Positions 38,811-48,788 of a stretch of 64,000 nt of DNA are shown here, piece after piece. The notes under the pieces are model-generated. The model saw only the letters and a list, made by a program, of their open reading frames with translations, was not told where the DNA came from and did not search any database. The DNA lies in assembly GCA_963727445.1 (NCBI GenBank), contig CAVSGI010000020.1, forward strand, positions 320,001 to 384,000. The letters are read 5' to 3'. Made by a program: the position numbers and the translations under genes. This stretch comes from an uncultured delta proteobacterium. GTDB lineage: Bacteria; Myxococcota_A; Polyangia; Polyangiales; B10-G4. The number at the start of each line of letters is the position of its first letter. Positions within the stretch are counted from its first letter, which is position 1.

Positions 38811-39364
38811 ATGTCGAATGGATGGCGGACGCTCGCCCTTTTGGCCGTCCTGTCGTGGGCGGGATGTGGTGACGACTCGGGTACGTCGGGCGATGTGGCG
38901 GTGGATGCGCGGGCCGATGGCCGGGCCGATACCGGGACCGCCGCCGACGGCGGTGGAGGCGACGGAGGGGGTGTGGACTCGGGGACCACGGACGCGGGAG
39001 GGCGGGCATCGAGCTCCAACAGGCGCGGGGCACGCGCGTCTATCACAACACGCTCTACAGCACCGATGGCGCGACGGGGTTCTTCAGCTCGATCGACTAT
39101 CGCTTCTCGAACACCGACGTGGACATCCAGAACAACCTGGTCCGGCGCATCACTGTCCGAGACGGAGCTGGCGGAACCGTCATGAACAACGTCGAAGGGG
39201 CGAGCGCCAGCCATTTCCAGGACGCCGCCATGGGCGACTTCCACCTCTCCCCGAGCGCCACCGACTGCATCGACCAGGGCGCGGTCCTCGACGGAGCGGG
39301 CGTCGACATCGACGGCGAGACCCACGACGACGGCCCGCCGGACATCGGCGCGGACGAGACCTGA
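38811..39364 (+). pseudogene. Beta-helix (choice-of-anchor Q-like) lipoprotein with apparent internal deletion and frame break at ~39003
   Basis: Lipobox WAGC-GDD and linker, then out-of-frame GIELQQARGTRVYHNT..NNL..GDFHLSPSA..IDQG..DIDG..PDIGADE. Confidence 0.65.
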
Positions 39365-39889
39365 TCAGCCCAGTCCTAGCGTCGTCAGCTTCTTCTTGTG
39401 GCGCGCCTGCGCCTCGTTGTACTCGTGCTGCTCGAGGCCCAGCGCGGTGGCGAGGCGGCGGAGGTAGTTCGCTTCCTGGATGGCGAGCTCCTCGTCGGCG
39501 GCGGCGAGCTCGAGGAGCACCTCGAGGATCTCGAGCCTCTGCGTGCGGTCGGTGAGCTCGCGCAGGTCGCGCACCCAGCGATGGTCCCCGGCGGCCACGA
39601 CGCGACCGATCTGTGTGGAGAGAACCGAACAGATCGCGTCGGCGGCCTGGGGGCTCAGGGCATGGATGCGGCCGAGCTCCTCGCGGACCTTCTCTTCTTC
39701 CTTCGGGTGGTACTCGTGGTCGGCGTAGGCGACGCAGGCGAGGAGGCCGGCGACGGCTGTGACGACGCGTCGCGCGTCGGGATCGACGTCGGCCATCGTC
39801 TCGTGCACCACGTCGCCGAGTGGATCGGCGGCCTGGGGCGTGTCCTCGGGACCTTCGAGCAGGCCCTTGATCGCGTCGATCAGACCCAC
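39365..39889 (-). CDS. TerB-family (DjlA N-terminal-like) protein
   Basis: VAYADHEYHPKEE; LAAADEELAIQEANYLRRLATALGL. Confidence 0.85.
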   Translation of the reverse strand: MGLIDAIKGLLEGPEDTPQAADPLGDVVHETMADVDPDARRVVTAVAGLLACVAYADHEYHPKEEEKVREELGRIHALSPQAADAICSVLSTQIGRVVAAGDHRWVRDLRELTDRTQRLEILEVLLELAAADEELAIQEANYLRRLATALGLEQHEYNEAQARHKKKLTTLGLG

Positions 39890-39890
39890 C

Positions 39891-40571
39891 TCACGGCTCC
39901 TGGGGTGCGGGCGTCGGCTCTTCCTGCGCGGCCGGCGCCGGTTCCGGCACGGGCATGGTGCCGCCCTCGCGAAGGTTTCCGATCACCTGCGTGCTCACGC
40001 CGCTCACCATGTTGCGGATGGTCACCACGCCGTCGTAACCGATGTTGAAGGAGGGGTCTCCGTCCTCTTCCTGCATCCCGTAGTCGTAGGCTTCGAGGTG
40101 CTGGTAGGGGTCGTCGGGGAAGGTGCAGTCGAAGTAACCCTGTCCCGGGCCGCCGTAGAGCACCTGGTCGGCGCAGCGGAGCTCGGTGCGGCACCAGTAG
40201 CCGCCGCTGCCCCGCGGCACGCGCTGCACCTCGAAGGGACACTCGTCGCCGGCCGCGAGCCCTTCGACGCCGGTGACCTCGGTGATGGCGAGGGTGAAGA
40301 CCTTGGTGACCTCGAGGCCAGCCGTGCCCGAGTTCCCCACGGGCATCAAGGGCCCGGGAGGTGGCGGAAGCTCGAGCCCTGCGGTACCGGGAGCCACGGT
40401 TGGATTCGTCGCTCCCAATCCCATGGGCCCCATGCCGCCCAGGCCGTCCATCATCATCATGGCGAAGATGCTGGGGCCCACGCAGCTGCCCACGATGGCC
40501 AGAAGGATGAGCCCGCCGCAGCCGATCGCGACCCCGGTCCACATCGAGCCTTTCTTGCCCTCGTCGGCCAT
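39891..40571 (-). CDS. Hypothetical membrane-anchored protein
   Basis: N-terminal TM; C-x6-C-x4-LYG..GYFDC domain. Confidence 0.7.
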   Translation of the reverse strand: MADEGKKGSMWTGVAIGCGGLILLAIVGSCVGPSIFAMMMMDGLGGMGPMGLGATNPTVAPGTAGLELPPPPGPLMPVGNSGTAGLEVTKVFTLAITEVTGVEGLAAGDECPFEVQRVPRGSGGYWCRTELRCADQVLYGGPGQGYFDCTFPDDPYQHLEAYDYGMQEEDGDPSFNIGYDGVVTIRNMVSGVSTQVIGNLREGGTMPVPEPAPAAQEEPTPAPQEP

Positions 40572-40628
40572 CGAGCACGCTTCTTATACCGCATGGAGCG
40601 GGCAGAGTAGATGCTACCTTCCGCGGCG

Positions 40629-42440
40629 ATGGGGACGCCCCGGGAGGTTCACGAGGAAAAGCGTGCGGCTTTCGCCGCAGAAGCCTCGGCCCTCGACGCC
40701 ACGCAGGGACGGATCTCGCTCATGCGTCTCGCGTCCTTCGTGGGTGCGTTGGTCCTCGTCATCACCGGGGTGAGTCAGGCGTCTCTGCCGTGGATCGGCG
40801 GCGGCGCGCTCCTGGTGGTCGCCTTCTTCGCCCTGGTGATCTTCCACGCGCGCGTGATCGCTGCGCGTGACATGGCGCGCATTCGCGCCGACGTGCACGC
40901 GCGGCACATCGCGCGGCTCGACGGGCAGTGGAGCGAGCTGCCGAGCAACGGCAAGGAGCGCGTCTCGCCCACGCATCCCTACGCCTGGGACATCGATCTG
41001 GTCGGCCCGGGGTCGCTCTTTCAGCGGATCGACGTGACCCACACCGAGCCGGGCGCGCGCCACCTCGCGGCATGGCTCGCCCAGGCCGCCGACAAGGAGG
41101 TGATCGCCCAGCGCCAGGAGGCGGTGCGAGAGCTCGCCGGGGCGATCGATCTCCGCCGCGAGCTCGAAGCGGCCGCCGAGATCGCCGCGGGAGACGACAA
41201 GCTCGATCCCCGTCCTTTTCTCGCCTTCACGGAGCGCAAGCCCTTCCTCGCCAGCGCCCCGTGGCTCACACCGCTGATGATCGTACTGCCGGCGGCGACG
41301 GTCGCCCTCGCCGTGCTCTCCGCTTTCGGCCTGGTGCCGCGATGGACCTGGGGCATCGGCGTGTTGGTGCAGGGCGGGCTCTTCCTCTGGAGCTCGAAGG
41401 AGGCGCTCGAGGCGTTCGATCTGATCAGCGCGCGGCGCCGCTTCGCGGAGGCCTACGCACGGGTCTTCGAGACGATCGAAGGCGCGGCCTTCGAGGCGCC
41501 GCTCCTCGTGGCGCTCAAGGAGCGCCTCGCTGCCGAAGGGGTGCCGCCCTCCGGACAGATGCGACGCCTCGATCGCTGGGCGGGGCTGGCGGAGCTGCGC
41601 ACCCAGGTGCTCCTGCACTTCCCGGCGAACGTCTTCTTGCTGTGGGACCTGCACGTCCTGCGCGGCCTCGAGCGTTGGAATCAGAGCGTGGGCGCGCACA
41701 TGGCGGACGTCTTCGAGGCGGTGGGCGAGCTCGAAGCCCTCGCATCGCTCGCGACCCTGGCGAGCCAGGATCCGGCGGCGAGCTATCCCACCATCGCGGA
41801 GGATGGGGCACCCTTCGATGCCGAGGGCATCGCGCACCCGCTGCTCCCGCCCGACAGCCGCGTCGCCAACGACGTGGCCTTGCGCGGCGAGGGGACCGCG
41901 CTGATCGTCACCGGCTCCAACATGGCCGGCAAGAGCACGCTGCTCCGGGCCATCGGGCTGAACGTGGCGCTTGCGCTCGCGGGTGGTCCGGTGATCGCGA
42001 AGCGGCTCTCGGTACCCCGGGTCCGGCTCCGGGCCAGCATGCGGGCCAACGATGATCTGCAGCGCGGCGCCAGCTACTTCCATGCCGAGCTCGAAAAGCT
42101 CCGGGGCGTGGTCGCCGACGCCGAGGACTCGCCGCCGGTCTTCTTCCTGCTGGACGAGCTCCTGCGCGGGACGAACGCCCACGCGCGCCACATCGGCGCC
42201 AGAAGTGTGCTGACTCACCTTCTCGAGCGGCACGCCACCGGGGTGGTGGCGACCCACGACATCGCCTTGTCGGCCCTCGAGGACGAGCGCCCCGAGAGCG
42301 TCCAGAATGCCCATTTCACCGACGTGATGAAGGACGGTGAGATGACCTTCGACTACCAGCTCAAGCCCGGCGTGGTGCAGACGAGCAACGCGCTGCGGCT
42401 CCTCAAAATGGCCGGGATCGAGGTTCCCGAGGAGGCGTGA
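40629..42440 (+). CDS. Membrane-associated MutS-related ATPase (domain V)
   Basis: TGSNMAGKST, SYFHAE, LLDELLRGTN, ATHD; TM helices; no mismatch-binding domain I. Confidence 0.9.
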   Translation: MGTPREVHEEKRAAFAAEASALDATQGRISLMRLASFVGALVLVITGVSQASLPWIGGGALLVVAFFALVIFHARVIAARDMARIRADVHARHIARLDGQWSELPSNGKERVSPTHPYAWDIDLVGPGSLFQRIDVTHTEPGARHLAAWLAQAADKEVIAQRQEAVRELAGAIDLRRELEAAAEIAAGDDKLDPRPFLAFTERKPFLASAPWLTPLMIVLPAATVALAVLSAFGLVPRWTWGIGVLVQGGLFLWSSKEALEAFDLISARRRFAEAYARVFETIEGAAFEAPLLVALKERLAAEGVPPSGQMRRLDRWAGLAELRTQVLLHFPANVFLLWDLHVLRGLERWNQSVGAHMADVFEAVGELEALASLATLASQDPAASYPTIAEDGAPFDAEGIAHPLLPPDSRVANDVALRGEGTALIVTGSNMAGKSTLLRAIGLNVALALAGGPVIAKRLSVPRVRLRASMRANDDLQRGASYFHAELEKLRGVVADAEDSPPVFFLLDELLRGTNAHARHIGARSVLTHLLERHATGVVATHDIALSALEDERPESVQNAHFTDVMKDGEMTFDYQLKPGVVQTSNALRLLKMAGIEVPEEA

Positions 42441-42500
42441 AGTCGGCCGGGTCGCGGGAAGGTGTATGCGGCGGGTCCCGGCGTATACACTCGATGGCCC

Positions 42501-45500
42501 ATGCGCGGGCACCGCGAACATCTCGGTGGGCTCACGCAACTCGGCCGTATCGACGACGCCGAGGAGCGGCGGGCGCTCTGGCGTCAATCGATGGCGACCC
42601 TCGCGGCCGAGATCGCGCAACAGCGGCCGGTGCCCCTCGAGGGTTTCGATCCGGGCATGCTGCGGCGAAGCGTTCAGGCCGCGCTCGCGATGAACCTCCT
42701 CGACGACCTGGACTTCCTCTCCGGGCCCGCGGCCGCCGCCGCGCTCTACGAGCTCGCTGCCGCGCTCCCCGACGGTGGTGAGCGTCGTGAGATCGGACGG
42801 CGCATCCTCGAGCGGCTCTACGAAGGCAACGCGCCCACCTTCGTCGCGCTCGCGACCCAGATGGCGGTGGGCTCACCGAAGGCGCTCTCGGGTGCGCCGG
42901 TGCGCGCGCGCGTCGCTCTCTCTCTCGATCTGCCGCTGGGTGCGGGCACGCAGGCGGATCGTCTGGCGCTCGCGCTGATCAGCCGGCGGGAGGTGGAGCG
43001 GGAGTGGCTTTCGCTTCCGTCGATCGGCTCGCTCTCGTCCCGCCGACTCGCCGCGCGACTTCTCGAGCGCGCGTCGCGGGAGGCGGCCCGCCGCTCGAGC
43101 CAGGGCGATGACAGCGGGCTTCGTGCGTTTCAGACCGAGAGCGTGCAGAACGCGTGGAATCGCCTCCTCGCCGATCGCGAATCGCTGGTGTGGCGGCACG
43201 TGGCCACCGCGCGCGGCCTGCTCTCGGATGCCGTGCCCGAGCACGCCGACGAGATCCACCGTCACCTCGAGACCGGCATGACGCCCACCGAGTGGCGGCG
43301 GGCGGCGGCTTCGATCGCGGCCCGAATCGCCATCGACCCGGAGGACGCGAGCGAGACCGTGACGCACTTCCTCGAAAGCCACGTGGTGGAGCGGGATGCG
43401 GGGGTGTGCGGCGCGCTGGTCCTCGGGCTCACGCGCGCGGCCGAGGCGGAGCCCGCGGCGGTGGAGGAGATCCTCCCCGCCCTCGTGCGCAAGGGCGGCC
43501 TCGACGCCATCGAAGCGTTGGTGGATCTCCGCCGCGAGCGCCTGGGCGCCAACGTCGGCGGCTGGGCCTCGGAGCTCGGGCGCGCGGAGCTCCGCGAGCG
43601 CCTCGAGGCGGGCTCGGATGACGATGGAGAGCGGGCGCTCGTGGCGGCGCTGCACGACGAGCTCGCGGCCGACGACAGCCGAGACAATCACACGCTCCCC
43701 GAGCGTATCGGTCACGCGCTGATGGCCTTCGCCGAGGAGGGCCCGCGCAAGGCCTACGCCGTGGCCCACGAGGTCCTCGAGGCGGCCGACGGAACGCTCG
43801 GGATGATGGAGCTCACCCGGGACGATTCCGACGGGAGGATTCATGCCTTTCGCGCGCTGCGCGAGATCGACCTCGCCGTGCTCGCCAAGGCGACGCTCTC
43901 GGACCTGATCACTCTCGGCGCCAAGCCCAACGGGCGCGCGCCCGCCGCCGATCACCTCGACGCGCTCTTCGAGAGGCTCTCGGCCTACCTCACCTCGCGG
44001 GAGCGCACGCCGATCGACAAGCCCACCGTTCCGCACCTGACGTTTCGCATCCGTCGTATGCAGGCGCTCCTGCACCTGGTGGACGTCGACGAAGGTGCGG
44101 CGGGACGCGGGAGCGGAGGGCGCGAGCGTCGCCTCGAAGCGACGCGCATCCTGCTCGGTCGTGTGCAGGAGGACGCGCCCTCGCCGCTCCGGCGCATCAC
44201 GGCGGCGGCGGCGGCGCGCGCCTGCGACGCGCTGGTACGCGAGGACATCTGCGAGGTGAGCGACGTGATCCTCGCGGCGGGGCGTTCCGTCAGTGACGAC
44301 GATCAGCTCCGGATCTTCGCCGAAGCCACGATGGATCCCGAGATCGAGACGACGCTGCGTGCGTACTTCGCCCTCGGGGAAGCCGTGGACAAGAACACCA
44401 AGACCGGCGCGGGAGAGCGTGCGTCGATCGACGCGCTCCGGAGCTTCGCCGCCGCGCTCCCAGTGGCCACCTCCCCGCGCGTCGAGGCGCTCCGGGGCGG
44501 GGTCCTCGGTCTGGTGAGCGCGCTCGAGGGAATCGCCACCGCGGGTTCGCTGACGCAGCTCGCCGAGGGGACCGAGGGGACGCTGTTGCTGACCCTGGAG
44601 AATGCGGTCGGCGCCCTCGCCAAGCTCGCGGCCGGCGCTCGGCGGCGCCTCGGCGACGTGGTCGACGAGGAGCCCGCGAGTGGTGCGGCCATCCGGCTGG
44701 TCGACTACTGCGTGGAGCGCGCGATTCGTGGGGAGAAGGCCGGCCTCGACGACGCTCTGGTGGCCGCGCACGAGACGCTTCGCATCGAGCTCTTGCCGCG
44801 CCTGGCGGACGTCACCCTCTTCGTCCTCGACCGCATCCCCCGGATGCCCGCGGACGCGCCGCGGGTGATGCGCATGAGCTTCGCACCGCGCGTGGTGTCG
44901 AAGGCCCCGCTCCCGGCGTGGCTCCCGCCCGGGCGCATCCTCGGCGGCTTCTACGTCCTGAGGCCCCTCGGCACCGGCGCCGGCGGCTCGGTCTTCGTCG
45001 CGCGCCGTGCAGAGCAGAAGAACGACGAGGGCGCCGACCGCTACGCGCTCAAGGTCCCCGAGTACGATGGCGACGTGGCGCGCACGCTCTCCGAGCAGCA
45101 GTTCATGAACATGTTCCGCGACGAGGCGGGCGCGCTGCTCTCTCTGCCGACCCACGAGAACCTCGCGGGCTTCGTCACCTTCGACGCCGGAGTGCAGCCG
45201 AAGCCGATCCTGGTGATGGAGCTCGTCGACGGTCCCACCCTGGAACGCGTGATCTCCATGCGCGACGTCGGCATCGAGCGCGCCTTCGAGATCCTCGAGG
45301 GCGTCGCCGACGGGCTCATGGCGATGCACAACAAGGGCATCGGACACCTCGACGTGAAGCCGTCCAACGTCATCCTCCGCGACCCGGACGGGCTGGCGGG
45401 GCCCCTGCCGCCGCGCGACCCGGTGCTGGTGGACTTCGGGCTCGCCGGACGACACGTGCGTCCGGGCTGCGCGACCGCCAACTACGGGGCCCCGGAGATC

Positions 45501-45836
45501 TGGGGCTCCTTGGGGGAGGGCGTGGCCACGTCCCCGCTGCCCGCCGACGTCTACGCCTATGGATGTCTGGCCTACGAGGTCCTGACCGGCGAGACGCTCT
45601 TCGACGGGCCGAGCGCGATGGGCATCGTCACCCATCACCTCACCCACGACGGAAACCCCGAGGGCGTGGAGACGCTCGCCAACGATCCCGAGCTGGTGCC
45701 GCTCGCGGAGGTGCTCCGCTCCACTCTCCGGCACGATCCCTCCCAGCGCGCGGCGATGATCGACGTCAAACGTTCGCTGGGTCAGCTGCGCAAGCGCTAC
45801 GAAGGCGCGACCTGGCCGCTCGGGGTCCCGGCATGA
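42501..45836 (+). CDS. Large Ser/Thr kinase with ~810-aa helical N-terminal region and C-terminal non-RD kinase domain
   Basis: LGTGAGGSVF, YALK, HLDVKPSN, DFG, YGAPE, DVYAYG. Confidence 0.9.
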   Translation: MRGHREHLGGLTQLGRIDDAEERRALWRQSMATLAAEIAQQRPVPLEGFDPGMLRRSVQAALAMNLLDDLDFLSGPAAAAALYELAAALPDGGERREIGRRILERLYEGNAPTFVALATQMAVGSPKALSGAPVRARVALSLDLPLGAGTQADRLALALISRREVEREWLSLPSIGSLSSRRLAARLLERASREAARRSSQGDDSGLRAFQTESVQNAWNRLLADRESLVWRHVATARGLLSDAVPEHADEIHRHLETGMTPTEWRRAAASIAARIAIDPEDASETVTHFLESHVVERDAGVCGALVLGLTRAAEAEPAAVEEILPALVRKGGLDAIEALVDLRRERLGANVGGWASELGRAELRERLEAGSDDDGERALVAALHDELAADDSRDNHTLPERIGHALMAFAEEGPRKAYAVAHEVLEAADGTLGMMELTRDDSDGRIHAFRALREIDLAVLAKATLSDLITLGAKPNGRAPAADHLDALFERLSAYLTSRERTPIDKPTVPHLTFRIRRMQALLHLVDVDEGAAGRGSGGRERRLEATRILLGRVQEDAPSPLRRITAAAAARACDALVREDICEVSDVILAAGRSVSDDDQLRIFAEATMDPEIETTLRAYFALGEAVDKNTKTGAGERASIDALRSFAAALPVATSPRVEALRGGVLGLVSALEGIATAGSLTQLAEGTEGTLLLTLENAVGALAKLAAGARRRLGDVVDEEPASGAAIRLVDYCVERAIRGEKAGLDDALVAAHETLRIELLPRLADVTLFVLDRIPRMPADAPRVMRMSFAPRVVSKAPLPAWLPPGRILGGFYVLRPLGTGAGGSVFVARRAEQKNDEGADRYALKVPEYDGDVARTLSEQQFMNMFRDEAGALLSLPTHENLAGFVTFDAGVQPKPILVMELVDGPTLERVISMRDVGIERAFEILEGVADGLMAMHNKGIGHLDVKPSNVILRDPDGLAGPLPPRDPVLVDFGLAGRHVRPGCATANYGAPEIWGSLGEGVATSPLPADVYAYGCLAYEVLTGETLFDGPSAMGIVTHHLTHDGNPEGVETLANDPELVPLAEVLRSTLRHDPSQRAAMIDVKRSLGQLRKRYEGATWPLGVPA

Positions 45837-46882
45837 GCGGTCGGGACGAAGAGGAAGGCGTGGGCTGGGAGGCCGTTCGCGCGGCGGCCCGGGCTCTGTA
45901 CGGCGAGCAGGAGCCGCGGCACTGGGCGACGCTGATCCGCTGGTCGCTCGGGGGGCCGGATCCTCTCGACGGCATCGACTGCTACGAGGCGGAAGGGTCC
46001 TGGCACTACCTGAGCTACGGATTCAGTGACCTCTACGGGGCCCTCGAAGGAACAGGCGACCGCTCGGGCTACGGCTTCGAGCTGACCTTTCGCTTGTCGC
46101 GGCGCGAGGGGGAGAGCCAGCCGCCGATCTGGCCGGCGTCGATGCTGCAGCAGCTCGCCCGCTACGTGTTCCGGACGGGTAACGCGCTATCGGTCGGCGA
46201 TCACCTCGACCTGGGCGCACCTCTCGGCGGCGGTGAGGAGGGCAAACTGTCGGCGGTGGTCTTCGCGGACGATGCGTCCCTTCCGTCCATCGACACACCG
46301 AACGGTAGCGTCGCCTTCGTCCAGGTCTTCGGCGTCACCGCCGACGAGCTCGACGCGGTGCGCGACTGGCAGTGCGGCGCCTTCATCGCGTTGGTCCGCG
46401 AGCGCGAGCCGGAGTTGATCACCCGGCCCGGGCGGGCTTCGTTTCGCGACGACGCCGCGTTCGAGCGGGCCGTGCAGAAGGGCATCGATCGCGATGGGTC
46501 TTCCTACGGCGTCGCGTTCACCGAGCAGCTCGCTTGGGAGCGCCGCGACGATGCGCACCTCTGTGTCTCTCTCGGAGCCATCGCAGTGCCGGACCTGAAG
46601 CGGGCGCTGCGCGGGCGGATCCCCTTTGGGCGACCGTTTCGCTTCGTGGGACCCGACGGCGTGGTGGTGCTCTGGCCGGAAGGGATCGCCGAGCTCGAGC
46701 GCCCCGAAGAGGACAGGGCGCTGACCATCGACCTGACCCCGGACATGGCGTCGGCCATCTACGAGCGGCTCACCCCGACGCGCGGGCGCTACGTCTTCGC
46801 GGAGGTGCCGGGCTTCGAGCTGGTGGTGCTGCCGACGGAGGTCCGGGGAGACGACGGCGACGTGGTCGAAGTGCTCGGTTGA
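45833..46882 (+). CDS. Suppressor-of-fused (SUFU) domain protein
   Basis: GGPDPLDG, WHYLSYGFSDLY, SGYGFELTFRL, WPASMLQQLARYVF..GDH; ATGA overlap. Confidence 0.92.
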   Translation: MSGRDEEEGVGWEAVRAAARALYGEQEPRHWATLIRWSLGGPDPLDGIDCYEAEGSWHYLSYGFSDLYGALEGTGDRSGYGFELTFRLSRREGESQPPIWPASMLQQLARYVFRTGNALSVGDHLDLGAPLGGGEEGKLSAVVFADDASLPSIDTPNGSVAFVQVFGVTADELDAVRDWQCGAFIALVREREPELITRPGRASFRDDAAFERAVQKGIDRDGSSYGVAFTEQLAWERRDDAHLCVSLGAIAVPDLKRALRGRIPFGRPFRFVGPDGVVVLWPEGIAELERPEEDRALTIDLTPDMASAIYERLTPTRGRYVFAEVPGFELVVLPTEVRGDDGDVVEVLG

Positions 46883-46918
46883 GCCCCTCCCTCTTTGGCG
46901 GTATGAGGTCGGGCGAGC

Positions 46919-47644
46919 ATGGACGAACCCTTTCTGTTGCCGACGCTCCTCGGTGAGCCCGGCGAGGACGGCTGGACCGAAGAGGTCAGCCATTACCGCA
47001 TCCATCCCCGCCCCAAGCCGAAGTTCAAGACGGTGCTCGAGGCGCACTCGCTCTTCGAGGCGGGCCAGCCCGGCGAGGCGACGGTGACCACCCGGATCCG
47101 TCCGCCGGAGGACGGCGAGGTCGTGCTCGATCTGAAAGTCGAGCTGTCGATCGGCAAGATCCAGCAGATGGACGAGATGACCTGCGTCTGGAAGGGTGGG
47201 CTCGTCTCCGACCGCTTGATGCGCGTGGTGGGCGAAGGGCGGCGCAAGGAGATCAACTACGGCCTCGGGCCCTACGACCTGCCGTCGACCACCTATCCCG
47301 AGGTGCTGATCCCCTTCCTGATGCGCGGCCAGCCTCACGACAAGAAGCGGCGTGCGCTCTATGCGTGGACGAGCGATCGCTTCGTGGCGCGCGTCTACTA
47401 CGAGTCGCGAGGCGACCACCGCATCGAGGTGCCGGCTGGCGCCATCGACACCACCGAGGTGTGGATGTATCCGGACCTGAACGACTGGGTGGCGATGGGC
47501 AAGGCGCTCACCCGTCTGGCCAAGCCGCTGTTGCCCCGGTACGAGATGTTCTTCGAGAAGAAAGCCCCGCATCGGCTCGTGCGCTTCGAGGGATCCTTCG
47601 GTCCGCCGGGCGCGCCCGAGATGATCATCGAGCTCGCGGGGTGA
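46919..47644 (+). CDS. Hypothetical protein (DUF3108-like C-terminus)
   Basis: IEVPAGAIDT; PHRLVRFEG. Confidence 0.65.
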   Translation: MDEPFLLPTLLGEPGEDGWTEEVSHYRIHPRPKPKFKTVLEAHSLFEAGQPGEATVTTRIRPPEDGEVVLDLKVELSIGKIQQMDEMTCVWKGGLVSDRLMRVVGEGRRKEINYGLGPYDLPSTTYPEVLIPFLMRGQPHDKKRRALYAWTSDRFVARVYYESRGDHRIEVPAGAIDTTEVWMYPDLNDWVAMGKALTRLAKPLLPRYEMFFEKKAPHRLVRFEGSFGPPGAPEMIIELAG

Positions 47645-48777
47645 GCGGGCAAAGGGTCAGCGGACGCACCCCAGGGATCGACATCGCCCGGGCCTTCGCG
47701 GGGATCATCATGATCCAGGGCCACGCCTACGACGCGTGGGTCTCGCCCGACTCGAAACAGACGGTGGCGTACGCGTTCACGCGCGTGCTGGGGTCGCTGC
47801 CGCTGCCCGCGTTCCTGCTGCTGGCGGGCGCGGCCGTCGCGTGGCGTACCGGCGCGGCGGCGTCGCGCGGGGAGTCGGCGCGAAAGGTGCGGCGGCGGGT
47901 GATCTTTCGCGGCTTGCAGATCGTCGTCTGGGGCTACGTCATGAGCGCCGCCTACGCGCTGATGGACGGCTTCGAGGGGCTCGACACCTTTCTGCGCGCG
48001 GATGTGCTTCACGTGATCGGCCTGTCGATCGCGGCGGTGGGGTGGGTCGGGATCCGCCCTGCACGGGGTCGCGGTGCGGAGCAGGCTCCCGACGAAGCAC
48101 GGCTTCAGCGGAGCGCCGTGGTCGTGGGGCTCGCGGTCACGCTCCTCTGCCCGTGGGTGAGCCGCGTCAGCCCCGAGACGACGGGTCCCCTTCGCTACCT
48201 CGTGGGTCTCTTCGCCGACGTGCCCGGCGTGACGCGCATGCCCTTCGTGCCGCTCGCGGCGTGGTTCTGTGCGGGCGTTCTCGCCGCCGGCGTGATGCTC
48301 CGCGCCCGCGAGGCGAGCCACGACGATTCCCCCGCCGGGGCACCGGCAAGAACGCTCTGGGCGATGGCGGCCGTCGGCCTCGGCGGCTGGGTGGTGGGGA
48401 GCCTCGGCACCGACGCCATGCTCTCGCTGATGGGGGGCGAGCTCAGCCGCCGCCATCCTGCGGTGTGGCTCAACGTCGTCGATCTCGCCGGCCGCGCCCT
48501 GCTCGTGCTCTCGCTGGGGGCGCTCGTCGCCAATCGCGTTCGCGGCCGCGCGAAAGCTGCGCTCCTCGTCATCGGACGCGGCTCGCTGGTCGCCTACGTC
48601 TTCCATCTGCCCTTCTGCTATGGCGCCCTCGGCCGGCCGATCGAGGGCCGCCTCGACATGGTGCAGGCGACGGCGCTGATGCTCGTCCTGGTCGCGGCGA
48701 GCTGGGGCGCCGTGTGGGTTCGCGATCAGCTACGCGGGGTCGTGGGCGCTCAGGTAGGCATGAAGAAGCGCGGCTAG
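47641..48777 (+). CDS. Multi-TM acyltransferase (HGSNAT/DUF1624-like)
   Basis: IDIARAFAGIIMIQGH, FLLLAG, DVLHVIG, GRGSLVAYVFH. Confidence 0.85.
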   Translation: MSGQRVSGRTPGIDIARAFAGIIMIQGHAYDAWVSPDSKQTVAYAFTRVLGSLPLPAFLLLAGAAVAWRTGAAASRGESARKVRRRVIFRGLQIVVWGYVMSAAYALMDGFEGLDTFLRADVLHVIGLSIAAVGWVGIRPARGRGAEQAPDEARLQRSAVVVGLAVTLLCPWVSRVSPETTGPLRYLVGLFADVPGVTRMPFVPLAAWFCAGVLAAGVMLRAREASHDDSPAGAPARTLWAMAAVGLGGWVVGSLGTDAMLSLMGGELSRRHPAVWLNVVDLAGRALLVLSLGALVANRVRGRAKAALLVIGRGSLVAYVFHLPFCYGALGRPIEGRLDMVQATALMLVLVAASWGAVWVRDQLRGVVGAQVGMKKRG

Positions 48778-48788
48778 TCTTCCCCGGC

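Noticed and set aside
42873..45734. Very long antisense or alternate-frame ORFs (also 13687-16278, 51603-53579, 40614-42620, 28586-30505)
   Set aside because: Shadow ORFs expected at high GC opposite or overlapping well-supported genes; no motifs
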